64,000 nucleotides of DNA. It comes from Longimicrobiales bacterium (GTDB lineage Bacteria; Gemmatimonadota; Gemmatimonadetes; Longimicrobiales; Gaopeijiaceae). The stretch is from positions 512,001 to 576,000 of the forward strand of contig CBDDCX010000007.1 in the NCBI GenBank assembly GCA_965226375.1, written 5' to 3'. The position numbers were made by a program, and so were the translations under genes. This document shows positions 31,664 to 42,088 of this stretch, one piece after another (positions within the stretch are counted from its first letter, which is position 1; the number at the start of each line of letters is the position of its first letter). Below the pieces are notes generated by a model. It had not been told where the DNA came from, searched no databases, and saw only the letters and a program-made list of their open reading frames with translations.

Positions 31664-32818
31664 ATCATTCGCACTCTTCATCTTGTCCTGACCATCATCT
31701 GCCTCGGGTTGGCCTTGGGGGCATCTTCAGCGATCGGGCAGCAGGACGAGTTGCGCCTCCGAGGGCGGGTCATGCACGGGGCCGTCGGCGTGGATGCGGG
31801 CTTCGCTGTGCTGCATCGTGTGTCCATGGAAACGGCGGGAGAAGTCGATTCGGTGAGCGTCGCGCCGGACGGTGTGTTCGAGTTCGTGATCCCGCAATCG
31901 CTCAGTGTCGGAGTAGAGGCCGAAATACTGTTTGCGTCGGTTCGCTACGACGGCGTCCTCTATTTCGGCTCGGCCGTGACGGAAGCGGAGCAACTCGACA
32001 GCCTGTACGTCGTCAATGTATTTCCCGCCCAAGAAGCACCTCCGGAGGGCGGCGCTCTACCCGTAAACGTCCGCAATATCTTCCTCGAGCAGTCGGGTGA
32101 GGGATGGCGGGTCACGGACCTCTTCCAGATTCTGAACGAAGGTGACCGCACCCTGGTAGCGGCCGATGACGGAGTGGTGTGGACTTATCCCCTCCCCCCC
32201 GAAGCAACCTCGGCGGAGCTGGGCCAGGGTGACCTTCCGCCGGACGCCGTGACGTTCGAGGATGGCCGGGTTTCCGTACGGGCTCCGCTCCCCCCGGGCG
32301 AGCGCATGCTTCTGATTCGCTACGAGCTCCCTGCCATCGATGTCGAGTTTCCCGTTCCGGGGGTCACGGAGACGCTGGAGCTTCTGGTAAGGGAGCCCGC
32401 CCCCGCCCTAGACGTTCTGGGCCTGCAGCCCATCGATGTGGTCGCTTTGGATGCCGGGAGCGCCTACCGTCGATACGCCGGAACGGGCCTCCGTGATGTG
32501 GTGGTTCTTGTGGAAGAGCAGCCCGAGGGCCGACTACTGTCCATGGGCCTGTTCGCCGCTCTGGTTGCGGCCCTGCTCGGTGGCGTCGGGCTGTTCGCGT
32601 ACATCAGGCCGAGAGAGTCGGTCACCGCATCGGCAGCAGCCACCGTTTCCGGGGCCGCACCGACTATGGCCTCGCCACCCAACGAGGGGCGTGACCGGTT
32701 GATCCTCCGGGCGGCGCGCATCGACGAGTCGTTGGACACCGCCACGGACCCCGCGACGCGCCGGATGATGATGGAAGAGCGGGCGGCGCTTCTGGCCCAG
32801 CTCAGGGCCCGGAGCTGA
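31664..32818 (+). CDS. Hypothetical exported protein with a C-terminal membrane anchor; start uncertain (first canonical start is TTG 31709)
   Basis: Long ORF; the signal-peptide-like stretch begins 15 codons before 31709; hydrophobic segment near the C-terminus. Confidence 0.6.
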   Translation: MIRTLHLVLTIICLGLALGASSAIGQQDELRLRGRVMHGAVGVDAGFAVLHRVSMETAGEVDSVSVAPDGVFEFVIPQSLSVGVEAEILFASVRYDGVLYFGSAVTEAEQLDSLYVVNVFPAQEAPPEGGALPVNVRNIFLEQSGEGWRVTDLFQILNEGDRTLVAADDGVVWTYPLPPEATSAELGQGDLPPDAVTFEDGRVSVRAPLPPGERMLLIRYELPAIDVEFPVPGVTETLELLVREPAPALDVLGLQPIDVVALDAGSAYRRYAGTGLRDVVVLVEEQPEGRLLSMGLFAALVAALLGGVGLFAYIRPRESVTASAAATVSGAAPTMASPPNEGRDRLILRAARIDESLDTATDPATRRMMMEERAALLAQLRARS

Positions 32819-32889
32819 CGGCCCCGTGGTCCGTGGCCCAGGTGTGTCGCGCCCAGAAGGACACCTTACAAAAGCGACGGAACGATAGC

Positions 32890-33726
32890 GTGTCCGCTGT
32901 GACTACCCCCGCGGTGCTGCTCCGCTCGTACAACTATAGCGAGACAAGCCGTATCCTCCGATTCTACACCCTCGATCTGGGTCTCGTAGGGGTCATGGCG
33001 AAAGGAATCCGCAAGGGAGGTGGCCAGGGCCGGAGCGGCCTCGAGACGTTTTCGCGGGGCGACCTTACCCTGTACGTCCGGCCGACGCGTGACCTCCAGA
33101 CCTTCAAGGAGTTCGATCTTCGCGAGAGCGGGGGAGGCCTGGGGCGTGACGTTGTCCGCTTCGCCGCGGCTTCCGTGTTGGCGGAGCTCGTACTGGTACA
33201 CGCAGAGTCGCAACCCAGCCCAGAGGTCTTCGGACGCCTGACGGCTGGCTTGAAGCGGGTTGATGAAATACGGCGCGATGACGTCGTGGCTGCTCTCTTG
33301 AACGAAGGATGGATGTTGGTGTCGGCCTTCGGCTATCAACCTCAGCTCGATCCGTGCGTGCACTGCGGGAATCCGCTGACGGAGGCCGACCTGGGTCGAT
33401 TCGACTTCGGAGCCGGAGGGGTGCGGTGCCCGGGTTGCGCGCTGGACATCGCAGGGCCCTTGATCGGTCCGGGTGCTCGGGAACAGCTTGACGCGCTGTT
33501 ACAGGGGCCCACCGACATGCCGATTACGAAACCGAAGGCGCATCTCCAGCTTCTCCACGATTTCACGCTGTATCACATCTCCGGATCGAAAGCTCTCCAG
33601 TCCTTCCGTTTCCTGGCGTCGGTGGCCCAACTAGAGGTGGACACCTTCCCCGGTGTGGGTGCGGATGCCCCCACAGACGAGGAAAAGATACCGTCGACCG
33701 ATCTAGGACGCGGACAAGGGTCATGA
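32890..33726 (+). CDS. recO: DNA repair protein RecO
   Basis: AVLLRSYNYSETSRI, MAKGIRK, CVHCG...GGVRCPGC zinc finger. Confidence 0.92.
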   Translation: MSAVTTPAVLLRSYNYSETSRILRFYTLDLGLVGVMAKGIRKGGGQGRSGLETFSRGDLTLYVRPTRDLQTFKEFDLRESGGGLGRDVVRFAAASVLAELVLVHAESQPSPEVFGRLTAGLKRVDEIRRDDVVAALLNEGWMLVSAFGYQPQLDPCVHCGNPLTEADLGRFDFGAGGVRCPGCALDIAGPLIGPGAREQLDALLQGPTDMPITKPKAHLQLLHDFTLYHISGSKALQSFRFLASVAQLEVDTFPGVGADAPTDEEKIPSTDLGRGQGS

Positions 33727-35654
33727 CGGGAAAACGACTGATTCTGGGGACCGCGGGCCACATCGATCATGGCAAGACGGCGCTCGTGAAGGCCCTCACA
33801 GGCGTCGACACGGACCGGCTGCAGGAAGAGAAGGCGAGAGGCATCACGATCGACCTCGGATTCGCCGAGCTCATTCCTCAGAAGGGTCTCCACCTCGGTA
33901 TTGTCGACGTGCCGGGCCATGAGGGTTTCATCCGGAACATGCTCGCCGGCGCTACCGGGATGGATCTGGTCCTGATGGTGGTGGCGGCCGACGAGGGCAT
34001 GATGCCGCAGACGCGAGAGCATTTGGACATCGTGCGGTTGCTTGGCGTCGATCAGATGGTGGTGGCGCTCACCAAGGCGGACCTAGTGGAGGAGGAGTGG
34101 CTGGCCCTGGTCGAAGAAGAAGTCTTCGAGGCGTTGGCAGAGACTCCCTTTGCAGGCGCCCCCGTGGTGTCGACTTCGACGGTGACCGGGCAGGGCAAGG
34201 ACGAGCTAGTGGAGGCGTTGGGGGGAGTGGCCCAGAGGGTGGGGGAGCGGTCCAGCAAGGACGTGGCGCGGCTCCCGATCGACCGGGCTTTCACGGTCAA
34301 GGGCACCGGCACGGTCGTGACGGGAACGCTGTGGAGCGGAACCTTGTCCATGGGCGACAGCGTCGTTCTCCAGCCGTCGGGCATCAGCGGTCGCATTCGG
34401 GGGCTGCAGGTGCACGGAGTTCAGGTGGAGCGGGCGGAGGCGGGTGAGCGCACCGCCGTTGCCCTTACCGGTTCGGACATCGATCTCGAGACCGTGGAGC
34501 GGGGACAAGTACTCGTTCTCGAGGCGGGCTGGTCGCCGACGTCGATGCTCACCGTGGCCCTGACGGTGCTTCCGAAGACCGGTTGGACGGTAAAGCACGG
34601 ACAACGGGTGCGAGTCCACCTGGGGACGAGTGAGGTCATGGCCCGAGTGGTCACGCTGGAGGGTGCGGAGGTTGCCCCCGGAGGCTCAGGATGGGTTCAG
34701 CTCCGGTTGGAGAAGCCACTACTGGCACGTACTCGCGATCGCCTCGTGATCCGGTCCTATTCCCCGGTAACGACGATCGGGGGCGGGATCGTCGCTGAGG
34801 CCGTGGCACCGAAGAGGAAGAAGCTTCGGCCGGGAGAGGCCGACGCCCTGTCGGTGGTTATTCACGGTGAGGTGCCCGAGTCGTTGAAGGCTCTCCTCAC
34901 ACTGGTCGCCTGGAGGGGAGTCGTAGTAACGGAGACTCCCGTACACACGGGTCTTTCACAAGATGTGATACGATTGGCCAAGCCGGTCGTGCTGGCATCT
35001 GGGGCTCGCGAAGCCTCGGGGGAGTTGTATGGGTCCGAGGTGGTGGACGCTGCACGGACGGTGCTGGAGGATGCCGTGGACGCCTTTCATCGAGACCAGC
35101 CACTCCGGCCCGGTATCGCCGTTGAGCTGCTCCGACAGAAGCTCCCCACCCGAGACGAGGCCCGCCTGGCCGACCTTCTCCTGGAAGAGGCTGGTGCCTC
35201 AGACCGGATCGTCGTGCAGGGGGGCCTGGTGTCACGGCCAGGGTATGAGCCGTCGTTCACGCCGGAGCAGACCGCCCTGCGAGAGGGACTCCTGGAGCTC
35301 TATCGGCAGGCGGGACTGGCACCGCCGACCGTTGGCGAGCTCCCGGGCGCACAGAGAGACAGTCCGGACCTTTGGCCTGTGCTCAAGCTGCTCGAGAGAG
35401 AGGGGAAACTGGTGAACCTGGACGAAGATTTCTTTGCCGACGCCGAAATCATTCTCGAAGCTAGACATGAAGTAAAAAAGCAGCTAATGGGTGCTAAAGG
35501 GTTGGGGCCAGCGGATTTCCGTGAAGTGTTATCCGTGACGAGAAAGCATTTGATTCCCATTCTGAGCTACTTCGACCGCACGGGGCTCACGGTCCGGCAG
35601 GGGGACGGCCGGGAGGTCGTTGCGCAGGGTGGAAGGGGGTCCGCGGAGGGATAG
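33723..35654 (+). CDS. selB: Selenocysteine-specific elongation factor
   Basis: [36 protein letters not shown]-terminal winged helix [13 protein letters not shown]. Confidence 0.95.
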   Translation: MTGKRLILGTAGHIDHGKTALVKALTGVDTDRLQEEKARGITIDLGFAELIPQKGLHLGIVDVPGHEGFIRNMLAGATGMDLVLMVVAADEGMMPQTREHLDIVRLLGVDQMVVALTKADLVEEEWLALVEEEVFEALAETPFAGAPVVSTSTVTGQGKDELVEALGGVAQRVGERSSKDVARLPIDRAFTVKGTGTVVTGTLWSGTLSMGDSVVLQPSGISGRIRGLQVHGVQVERAEAGERTAVALTGSDIDLETVERGQVLVLEAGWSPTSMLTVALTVLPKTGWTVKHGQRVRVHLGTSEVMARVVTLEGAEVAPGGSGWVQLRLEKPLLARTRDRLVIRSYSPVTTIGGGIVAEAVAPKRKKLRPGEADALSVVIHGEVPESLKALLTLVAWRGVVVTETPVHTGLSQDVIRLAKPVVLASGAREASGELYGSEVVDAARTVLEDAVDAFHRDQPLRPGIAVELLRQKLPTRDEARLADLLLEEAGASDRIVVQGGLVSRPGYEPSFTPEQTALREGLLELYRQAGLAPPTVGELPGAQRDSPDLWPVLKLLEREGKLVNLDEDFFADAEIILEARHEVKKQLMGAKGLGPADFREVLSVTRKHLIPILSYFDRTGLTVRQGDGREVVAQGGRGSAEG

Positions 35655-35759
35655 ACCCCTCACAAGTACCCCACCGAAGGTCGAAACTGAAGGGCACGGC
35701 CCGGATCTGCGGAACCAATGCGTGGCTTCACAGCTATATGAACGGGTGGAAACAGATGC

Positions 35760-35788
35760 TTGCGGCTGTTTTCGCCGATCCGTATAGT
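35760..35788 (+). promoter_or_regulatory. Sigma70-type promoter
   Basis: TTGCGG-17 nt-TATAGT upstream of the ORF at 35861. Confidence 0.5.
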
Positions 35789-35860
35789 TGAGGTCAAGAA
35801 GCGAAGGCTTGCAGGCACTGGCGCTCTGGAGGGCTATTAGGTCCAACGGCTACGGCATGG

Positions 35861-36310
35861 GTGGTGCACATGAGACGCGGATATTGCGTCTTCCTGTTTC
35901 TCGCGGTTTTCGGCACTGCGGCTGATCTATCAGCGCAGGTCTCGGGGCAGAGCCCCACCGAACGACCGGAGAGCGGGTTCACATTAGGTCAGAACTACCC
36001 CAATCCGTTCAATCCTGAAACGAGAATCCCCTTCCAGCTTTCCGAAGGGTTGTTCGTGGATGGGAGAACGGCCGTTGTATCCGTGCGCATCTACAACGTG
36101 CTGCAGCAGTTCGTGGCCACACCCACTGCGCTCAATCACCCCAATGGTCAGACGCCCCTCGTCGATCTGGAGTACATCACACCGGGTCGTTACGAGGCCT
36201 ACTGGGATGGCCTTGATCAAGCGGGCCGTAAGGTGGCTTCGGGTATCTACTTCGTGCAGTTGATCGTGAACGGAGAGCGCGCGGTCATCAGGATGTACGT
36301 CACCAAGTAG
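35861..36310 (+). CDS. Small secreted protein consisting of a FlgD-Ig / T9SS-CTD-like domain
   Basis: Signal peptide, then LGQNYPNPFNPETRIPF...IYNVL...WDG.DQAGRKVASGIYF. Confidence 0.8.
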   Translation: MVHMRRGYCVFLFLAVFGTAADLSAQVSGQSPTERPESGFTLGQNYPNPFNPETRIPFQLSEGLFVDGRTAVVSVRIYNVLQQFVATPTALNHPNGQTPLVDLEYITPGRYEAYWDGLDQAGRKVASGIYFVQLIVNGERAVIRMYVTK

Positions 36311-36329
36311 GTTTGGCCTGATCGGCTCC

Positions 36330-36782
36330 TCAGGGAGCCCGCTCTTCCAGCAATCTGAGGAACTCCTCCGGTTCGTCGAGCCCCTTCAGAAGCCCGGGAA
36401 TGTCGTCGTCTTTGGCGAACTGGGCGATCTTGCCGAGCACGGGTAGGTACTGGTTGGAGACCTCGAGAGGCGGAGCCACGATCAGGAAGAAGTTGTACAC
36501 GGGTTGATCGTCGATGGCCCTGAATTCCAGACCCTCCAACTTGCGCCCATATGCCAGACGCAACCGGCTCACGACCAGAGACCGACAGTGGGGAATGGCA
36601 ATGCCCCGTCCGATGCCGGTCGAACCGAGGTTCTCCCGCCGTTTCAGCGTCTTGTAGAGAATGCTCTCGGACTTCTCGTCGAGACGCAGGAGCGCGACCA
36701 ACTGCTTGAGCGTCTCGTCCTTCGATTCCGCGGTGAGGTTGAGGTTCACGACCTCGGGGCTGAATAGCTCCCTGAGCTTCAT
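36330..36782 (-). CDS. PTS fructose/nitrogen-family EIIA (PtsN-like)
   Basis: RENLGSTGIGRGIAIPHCR; GGAGG RBS before the ATG at 36782. Confidence 0.9.
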   Translation of the reverse strand: MKLRELFSPEVVNLNLTAESKDETLKQLVALLRLDEKSESILYKTLKRRENLGSTGIGRGIAIPHCRSLVVSRLRLAYGRKLEGLEFRAIDDQPVYNFFLIVAPPLEVSNQYLPVLGKIAQFAKDDDIPGLLKGLDEPEEFLRLLEERAP

Positions 36783-36921
36783 ATCTGTTTCCTCCGAAGG
36801 ACCGGGCCTTCGTGAGCATGTCGGTTTCGATTCATTGTCAGCCTCAAATATTCCCACGAGGGCGGAGGCTGTCAAAGCATGACCCTTCACCCATTTCCGT
36901 ACCGATCATACCTTTCCCTTC

Positions 36922-37923
36922 ATGGCTGACGATCTCTTCGAGCTCCTGGCGAGCGACCGGACCCCACTTTTCCTGGCGCCCCAGGCGGGTGTGAGCGAAT
37001 CGCCGTTCAGGCGTCTCTGTCGCCGCTTCGGCGCGGACGTGGTGTCCACGGAGTTCGTGAGCGCCGACGGCATCATGCAGGGCAACCGCCAGACTCGGGA
37101 TCACCTTCGATTCGACGAGGATGAGCGGCCTATCGGAATCCAGATCTTCGGCTCGGATCCCAAGACTATGGGAGAGGCCGCCGCCTTGGTGACCGATCTG
37201 TTCGGACCTGACTTCATCGACATCAACTTCGGATGTCCGGTAAAGAAGATCGTAAAGCGAAACGGGGGCTCGGGTTGCCTTCGGGATATGGACCTGGTCG
37301 AGCGCATCATCAAGTCGGTGGCGGCCAACACTGAATTGCCCGTGACCACCAAGATCCGGAGTGGGTACGACGAGCCGTCCCGGGATCCCGTGGCCATCGG
37401 CCTCCGATGTCAGGACGCAGGGTCACGAGTGGTCACACTCCACCCCCGCACCCGCACGGACATGTATTCCGGTCAGGCCCGCTGGGATGAGATCGCCTCT
37501 CTCGTGGACGCTCTGGACGTCCCCGTGGTGGGAAACGGAGACGTGAATGAGGGTGCCGACGCAAAGCGGATGAAGGAGCAAACGAACTGCGCGGGAGTCA
37601 TGATCGCGCGCGGATCGCACGGTTATCCGTGGATCTTCGAGCAGGCACGGGCCGCGTTGGGCGGCGCCCCCATGCCGGCGGAGCCGAACGTAGAGGAGCG
37701 CTTCCAGGTGTGCCTGGAGCATATACGGAACGGAATCCAGTTCGGTCGTGATGCCGACCGAACCCTGATCGACTTCCGGAAGCACCTCGGATGGTACACC
37801 AAAGGCCTTCCGGGCGGGAAAATGTTGCGCACGGAGCTGTTCCAGGTGACGGCTCTCGAACAGGTCGAGACCCTGCTGCAGGGTTATCTGGATCGACATC
37901 TCGAAGGTGCCGAGGCGGCCTGA
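36922..37923 (+). CDS. dusB: tRNA-dihydrouridine synthase
   Basis: LAPQAGVS, IQIFGSDP, DINFGCPVKK, TLHPRTR, GNGDV, VMIARG, RKHLGWY. Confidence 0.92.
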   Translation: MADDLFELLASDRTPLFLAPQAGVSESPFRRLCRRFGADVVSTEFVSADGIMQGNRQTRDHLRFDEDERPIGIQIFGSDPKTMGEAAALVTDLFGPDFIDINFGCPVKKIVKRNGGSGCLRDMDLVERIIKSVAANTELPVTTKIRSGYDEPSRDPVAIGLRCQDAGSRVVTLHPRTRTDMYSGQARWDEIASLVDALDVPVVGNGDVNEGADAKRMKEQTNCAGVMIARGSHGYPWIFEQARAALGGAPMPAEPNVEERFQVCLEHIRNGIQFGRDADRTLIDFRKHLGWYTKGLPGGKMLRTELFQVTALEQVETLLQGYLDRHLEGAEAA

Positions 37924-38054
37924 GACTCGGTCGCCGACGAACAAGTTTTGGCTCGTGGTACACCCTCAGGGGGATCCTGGCCTTCCGGCCAGGGGTAGGG
38001 CAGTCGTCGGGTGACCGATAGATTCAAGGACCGGCCGAAAGGCCGCAGGAAACC

Positions 38055-38409
38055 GGGGGCGTCACGGCTTCGACGCGTTTGGTGAACATAGAGTAGCGTG
38101 CCGAGGTGCCTGGGACCCTCGTAAAACACCTAGGGAAATCATAATTGCCAACAATGATCTGGCATTGGCTGCGTAACTACGGTTCGCAGCTCGTCTCCTG
38201 ATCTGCCTGCCCGAGGCGGGTCTCCGAGACGTCGATGAGTCGGGCTGGTCTCGCGCCAGCGCTGTCCTGGTGAGAGATGAGATTTCAGATAGCTAGTCTG
38301 GGGGTCGGTTGCTCGCTCGCCGCCCCGGGCGAATTTTCGAGTGACGCTACGCACGTAGAGGCTCTATAGGATCGATTCGCGGACGCGGGTTCGACTCCCG
38401 CCGCCTCCA
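38055..38409 (+). ncRNA. ssrA: Transfer-messenger RNA; tag peptide ANNDLALAA* at 38147-38176
   Basis: 5' GGGGGCGTCACGGCTTCGAC; 3' GCGGGTTCGACTCCCGCCGCCTCCA (Ala-like acceptor with G.U pair and T-arm); tag ORF ends in LAA-TAA. Confidence 0.96.
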
Positions 38410-38416
38410 TCAAGAC

Positions 38417-38451
38417 AGCTCTGGTCACCGGTCCGGTGGCCAGAGCTTTTT
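38417..38451 (+). terminator. ssrA intrinsic terminator
   Basis: AGCTCTGGTCACCG-GTC-CGGTGGCCAGAGCT followed by TTTT. Confidence 0.85.
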
Positions 38452-38474
38452 GGCTCCCAATGACGAAGTGTGTC

Positions 38475-38630
38475 GCGGCGGGAGGCGAACCCGCGCGGAT
38501 TCGGCGTAGCCGAAGACGCTACGCGAGGTTCGAGCCGAGCGGCTTGGGTGTCCTCGAAGACTCGCGCGTGTACCCGCGAGACGACTGAGGATCGGCGCGC
38601 CAGCGCCGACCGCAGATCACCCCCGCCGCC
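38475..38630. repeat. Multi-hairpin element containing inverted and split direct copies of the tmRNA 3' end
   Basis: 38475-38495 is the reverse complement of 38384-38404 at 20/21 positions; several internal hairpins. Confidence 0.7.
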
Positions 38631-38699
38631 GGCTGCTGCGTTATATGGAGCGGTCGTGCAGATTGTGATGTCGTACCGGGGGTAGTCTCGCGTGATCGT

Positions 38700-39445
38700 T
38701 TGGGAGGCAAGCAAATAGACATCGCAGTCCGCGAAGCGGAATACGCCGAGATCGAGCCCCTTCGAGCGCTTTACCGGAAGGAAGCCGACTGTCAGATCGT
38801 CCGTGACTCGATTCTGCGAAGAGGACTCGCCGATCCGTATCTGATTCTCGTGGGCGGACGCGTCGCAGGGTACGCAGGTGTGTGGAACCAGTACCACGAG
38901 CACCGTCTCATGGAGTTCCACACGCTGGCCGAGAGACGAGACGAGACGAGGCGTTGGCGATGTTTCGGGAGGTGTTGCGTGTCAGCCGAGTTACCCACGT
39001 CGAGGCCCAGACCAACATGCCCTCGATGGCTGCGATGCTCTACGAGTGCGCTACCGACATTCTCGAAGAGCACATCCTGTTTGACGATGGCCCTACGACC
39101 CACTTGAACTGCCCGGGAGCGGTGTTCAGACGGCGAAAGGACGCAGACGAGGAACCTGAGGGTGAGTGGGTCATCGAACGGAACGACACGGTCTTGGCCG
39201 CGGGAGGAGTACTCTACCACTACAACCCGCCGTACGGTGACGTCTACATGGAGGTGGTGGCCGACGCTCGGCGACAAGGAGTCGGAAGTTATCTGGTACA
39301 GGAACTGCGGCGTATCTGCCACGAGGGAGGCAAGAGGCCTGCGGCACGCTGTAACCCGGATAATGAAGCCTCTCGACGTACCCTGGAGCGGGGCGGGTTG
39401 TCGATATGCGGACGGCTCATGGTGGGCGAAGTGAGGATGGAATAG
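38700..39445 (+). pseudogene. GNAT-family acetyltransferase frameshifted at an (ACGAG)3 repeat
   Basis: Two overlapping ORFs fuse if one ACGAG unit at 38936-38950 is removed; the C-terminal part has RRQGVGSYLV and NEASRRTLERGG. Confidence 0.8.
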
Positions 39446-39577
39446 GGGAGGGTAATTCTTGCGGTGTGACGATCTGGCTGGTGCGCCCCTTTGGGTGACG
39501 CGGGCGGTGTACGTAGGTTTCATATCGAAGTGTACGTACGCCGTGTGGCCCTCATGCCGGTCGGTGTTTGGCGTGAG

Positions 39578-40145
<568 letters not shown>

Positions 40146-40159
<14 letters not shown>

Positions 40160-40340
40160 CGGCTACCAGTGTCCTGGCCTTCATGGCTATCTCGGCCTCG
40201 TCGAGGTCGGGCTCGGTGGTGCGAAGCCAAGCCTCTTACAACTCCACGGCCTGCCGTATCATGCCGTTCATGCTGTCCAGCTTTTGTTGCGGCGACATTC
40301 GGCGGAGGATTTCCAACTCAGGAAGGCAGTCACTATCCAT
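40146..40340 (-). pseudogene. Small helical partner gene upstream of the nucleotidyltransferase, with an in-frame TAA at codon 35
   Basis: Reads MDSDCLPELEILRRMSPQQKLDSMNGMIRQAVEL*EAWLRTTEPDLDEAEIAMKARTLVAGGST; its end overlaps the downstream start. Confidence 0.65.
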
Positions 40341-40449
40341 GTCTGAATGTTATGGTGAGCCGCCAGGCGAGCAACGGTCATCATGCACACACGTGCTCTT
40401 CCTGGCCGAAAAAGCTAGCTTCGGGGAAACCGAGGGCACATCGGACCAA

Positions 40450-40943
40450 ATGACGAAGCTACTTGAAGACTGCGAGGACTCCTCGGTGTCGGCATCACGT
40501 GGGGCACTTTATGGGGAGGGATCGGAGCGGGTATCGGACTCCTGATCGGAGTCGTTTCGCCCGGCGTCTGGCTGTGGACCAACCCGATCTTGGACTATGC
40601 GATCGGCATCGGCCTGTATGGATTCTTTTCCGGGGTCGGATTCGGAACACTCTTGTCTGTCGGTGAGGGTCGCAGGACGATTCTCGATCTCTCTCTGAAG
40701 AAGGTCGCCGTGTTCGGAGTTCTCGGGGCCGTGACGGTCCCGCTCCTGTTCGGCATGGCGGGGATGTTCGCCGCCGGTACGTCTGTCGTAGACATCCTCG
40801 AGGCCGTCCTGTTGACGGGGGTCCTCGGTGGTACCTTCGCTCCAGGGTCCGTGGCCATCGCCGGGAGGGCCGAGTTGCGAGAAGCGGAAGAGCGAGACCT
40901 TCTGACTTCGAGGAGCGACTCGGATAGGATGCTGCCTGGGTGA
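40450..40943 (+). pseudogene. Small multi-pass membrane protein with a frameshift near codon 6
   Basis: ATG 40450 (MTKLL) is one base out of frame with RLRGLLGVGITWGTLWGG..., which runs into ORF 40590-40943. Confidence 0.6.
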
Positions 40944-41089
40944 GACGCAGGAACCGGACAACGTAGGACGCTCACCGGAAGAGTTGCCGTACTAGTGGGG
41001 GCGGGAGTCGGTTCGACGTCCCCTCGTGCCCATGAAATCAGGAGTAAAGGGGGTATTCCCTTAAGTCCACCGACCCCAAGATATAGTGG

Positions 41090-42070
41090 TTACCGGGGCT
41101 CTGCGGGCCGTTTCCCACGTCCGGTGCCGAGGTAAAGGGCCGAAGCTGGCGTGGGAGCACACTGAACAGCCTGCTCAAGCAAGCGGTAGAACAACAGGCC
41201 GCGAGCCCGGGATGTGCGTCGGTTGAAGCGAAAGGTGAACTCGTCCAGATAGTAGGGGAGGTGTTCGCGGGCGATCCCTCCTTGGAGGGTTCCGAGGACC
41301 CAGCGCTTGAGGAGAGACGCCACCCGATGTACGGCCGACATGAGCACGTGAGCGGGATCGCCGGAGGTCGAGAGGTTCGTGACCGTGTGGCGAAAGCCCA
41401 GTTTGGCGAGTCCCTGATAGCTTGGCCATCCGTCGGTATGCACCGTGCTTGCCGGTGCGATGCTATCCTTGACGAAGCCTCGCAGAACCGGAGCGGAGAG
41501 GTCGGGCACCCAACGCAGCCGTATTCTCCCGATCTTGCGTCCGTCGACCTCGGCGGCGATCGCGACGATGGCCTTCTTGATCGTCTCGCGGCCCCGCACT
41601 CCAGCCTCCACGCCCCCGACATAGCTCTCGTCCACTTGCACAACGCCGCTCAGCTGGTCGCGATCCGGTCGGACCATGGCCCGGCGGAGCTTGTGGAGCC
41701 AGACCCACGCTGTCTTGTAGCTTCCCAGTCCGAGCACGCGCTGGAGCCCGAGAGCATTGGCTCCGTATTTCTGGCTCGTGAGCTCCCAGGCAGCGAGAAA
41801 CCACAGACGCAGGGGCGAGCGCGTGCGGTGGAACACGGTTCCCGCCAGCACCGAGGTCTGCCTTCGACAGTGTGGGCAGACGAGACGCCCCCGCGATGCT
41901 CGCCAGACCTCTCCCAACCCGCCACAGCCCACGCACACAAACCCTTCCGGCCAGCGCAGACCCTCCACGTACTCCAGGCATGCCGCATCGTCGGGGAAGA
42001 ACTCGTCCAGCTCCAGCCGCGTACGGGGATAGTCCACGCCGCCACGGAGCTGAGAAGCCGGAACCGCCAT
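41090..42070 (-). CDS. IS1595-family DDE transposase
   Basis: Zn ribbon CVGC...CPHC, VDESYVGG, HTDGW, YLDEFTFRFNRR. Confidence 0.93.
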   Translation of the reverse strand: MAVPASQLRGGVDYPRTRLELDEFFPDDAACLEYVEGLRWPEGFVCVGCGGLGEVWRASRGRLVCPHCRRQTSVLAGTVFHRTRSPLRLWFLAAWELTSQKYGANALGLQRVLGLGSYKTAWVWLHKLRRAMVRPDRDQLSGVVQVDESYVGGVEAGVRGRETIKKAIVAIAAEVDGRKIGRIRLRWVPDLSAPVLRGFVKDSIAPASTVHTDGWPSYQGLAKLGFRHTVTNLSTSGDPAHVLMSAVHRVASLLKRWVLGTLQGGIAREHLPYYLDEFTFRFNRRTSRARGLLFYRLLEQAVQCAPTPASALYLGTGRGKRPAEPR

Positions 42071-42072
42071 GA

Positions 42073-42088
42073 CCACAACATGTAGTGG
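42073..42088. promoter_or_regulatory. NrdR-box-like palindrome just upstream of the transposase ATG
   Basis: CCACAACATGTAGTGG; a related copy CCCCAAGATATAGTGG lies at 41074-41089. Confidence 0.5.

Noticed and set aside
33723..35654. Selenoprotein, selA or tRNA-Sec near selB
   Set aside because: No selA/selC was recognised and no convincing in-frame UGA at a Cys position was seen. The TGA at 40464 is better explained by a frameshift.
38055..38409. tRNA-Ala gene
   Set aside because: The tRNA-like ends are about 350 nt apart and enclose a tag ORF, so this is tmRNA.
38364..38921. 185-aa minus-strand ORF after ssrA as a possible integrase
   Set aside because: It has no recombinase motifs and overlaps the tmRNA end, the terminator and the GNAT gene.
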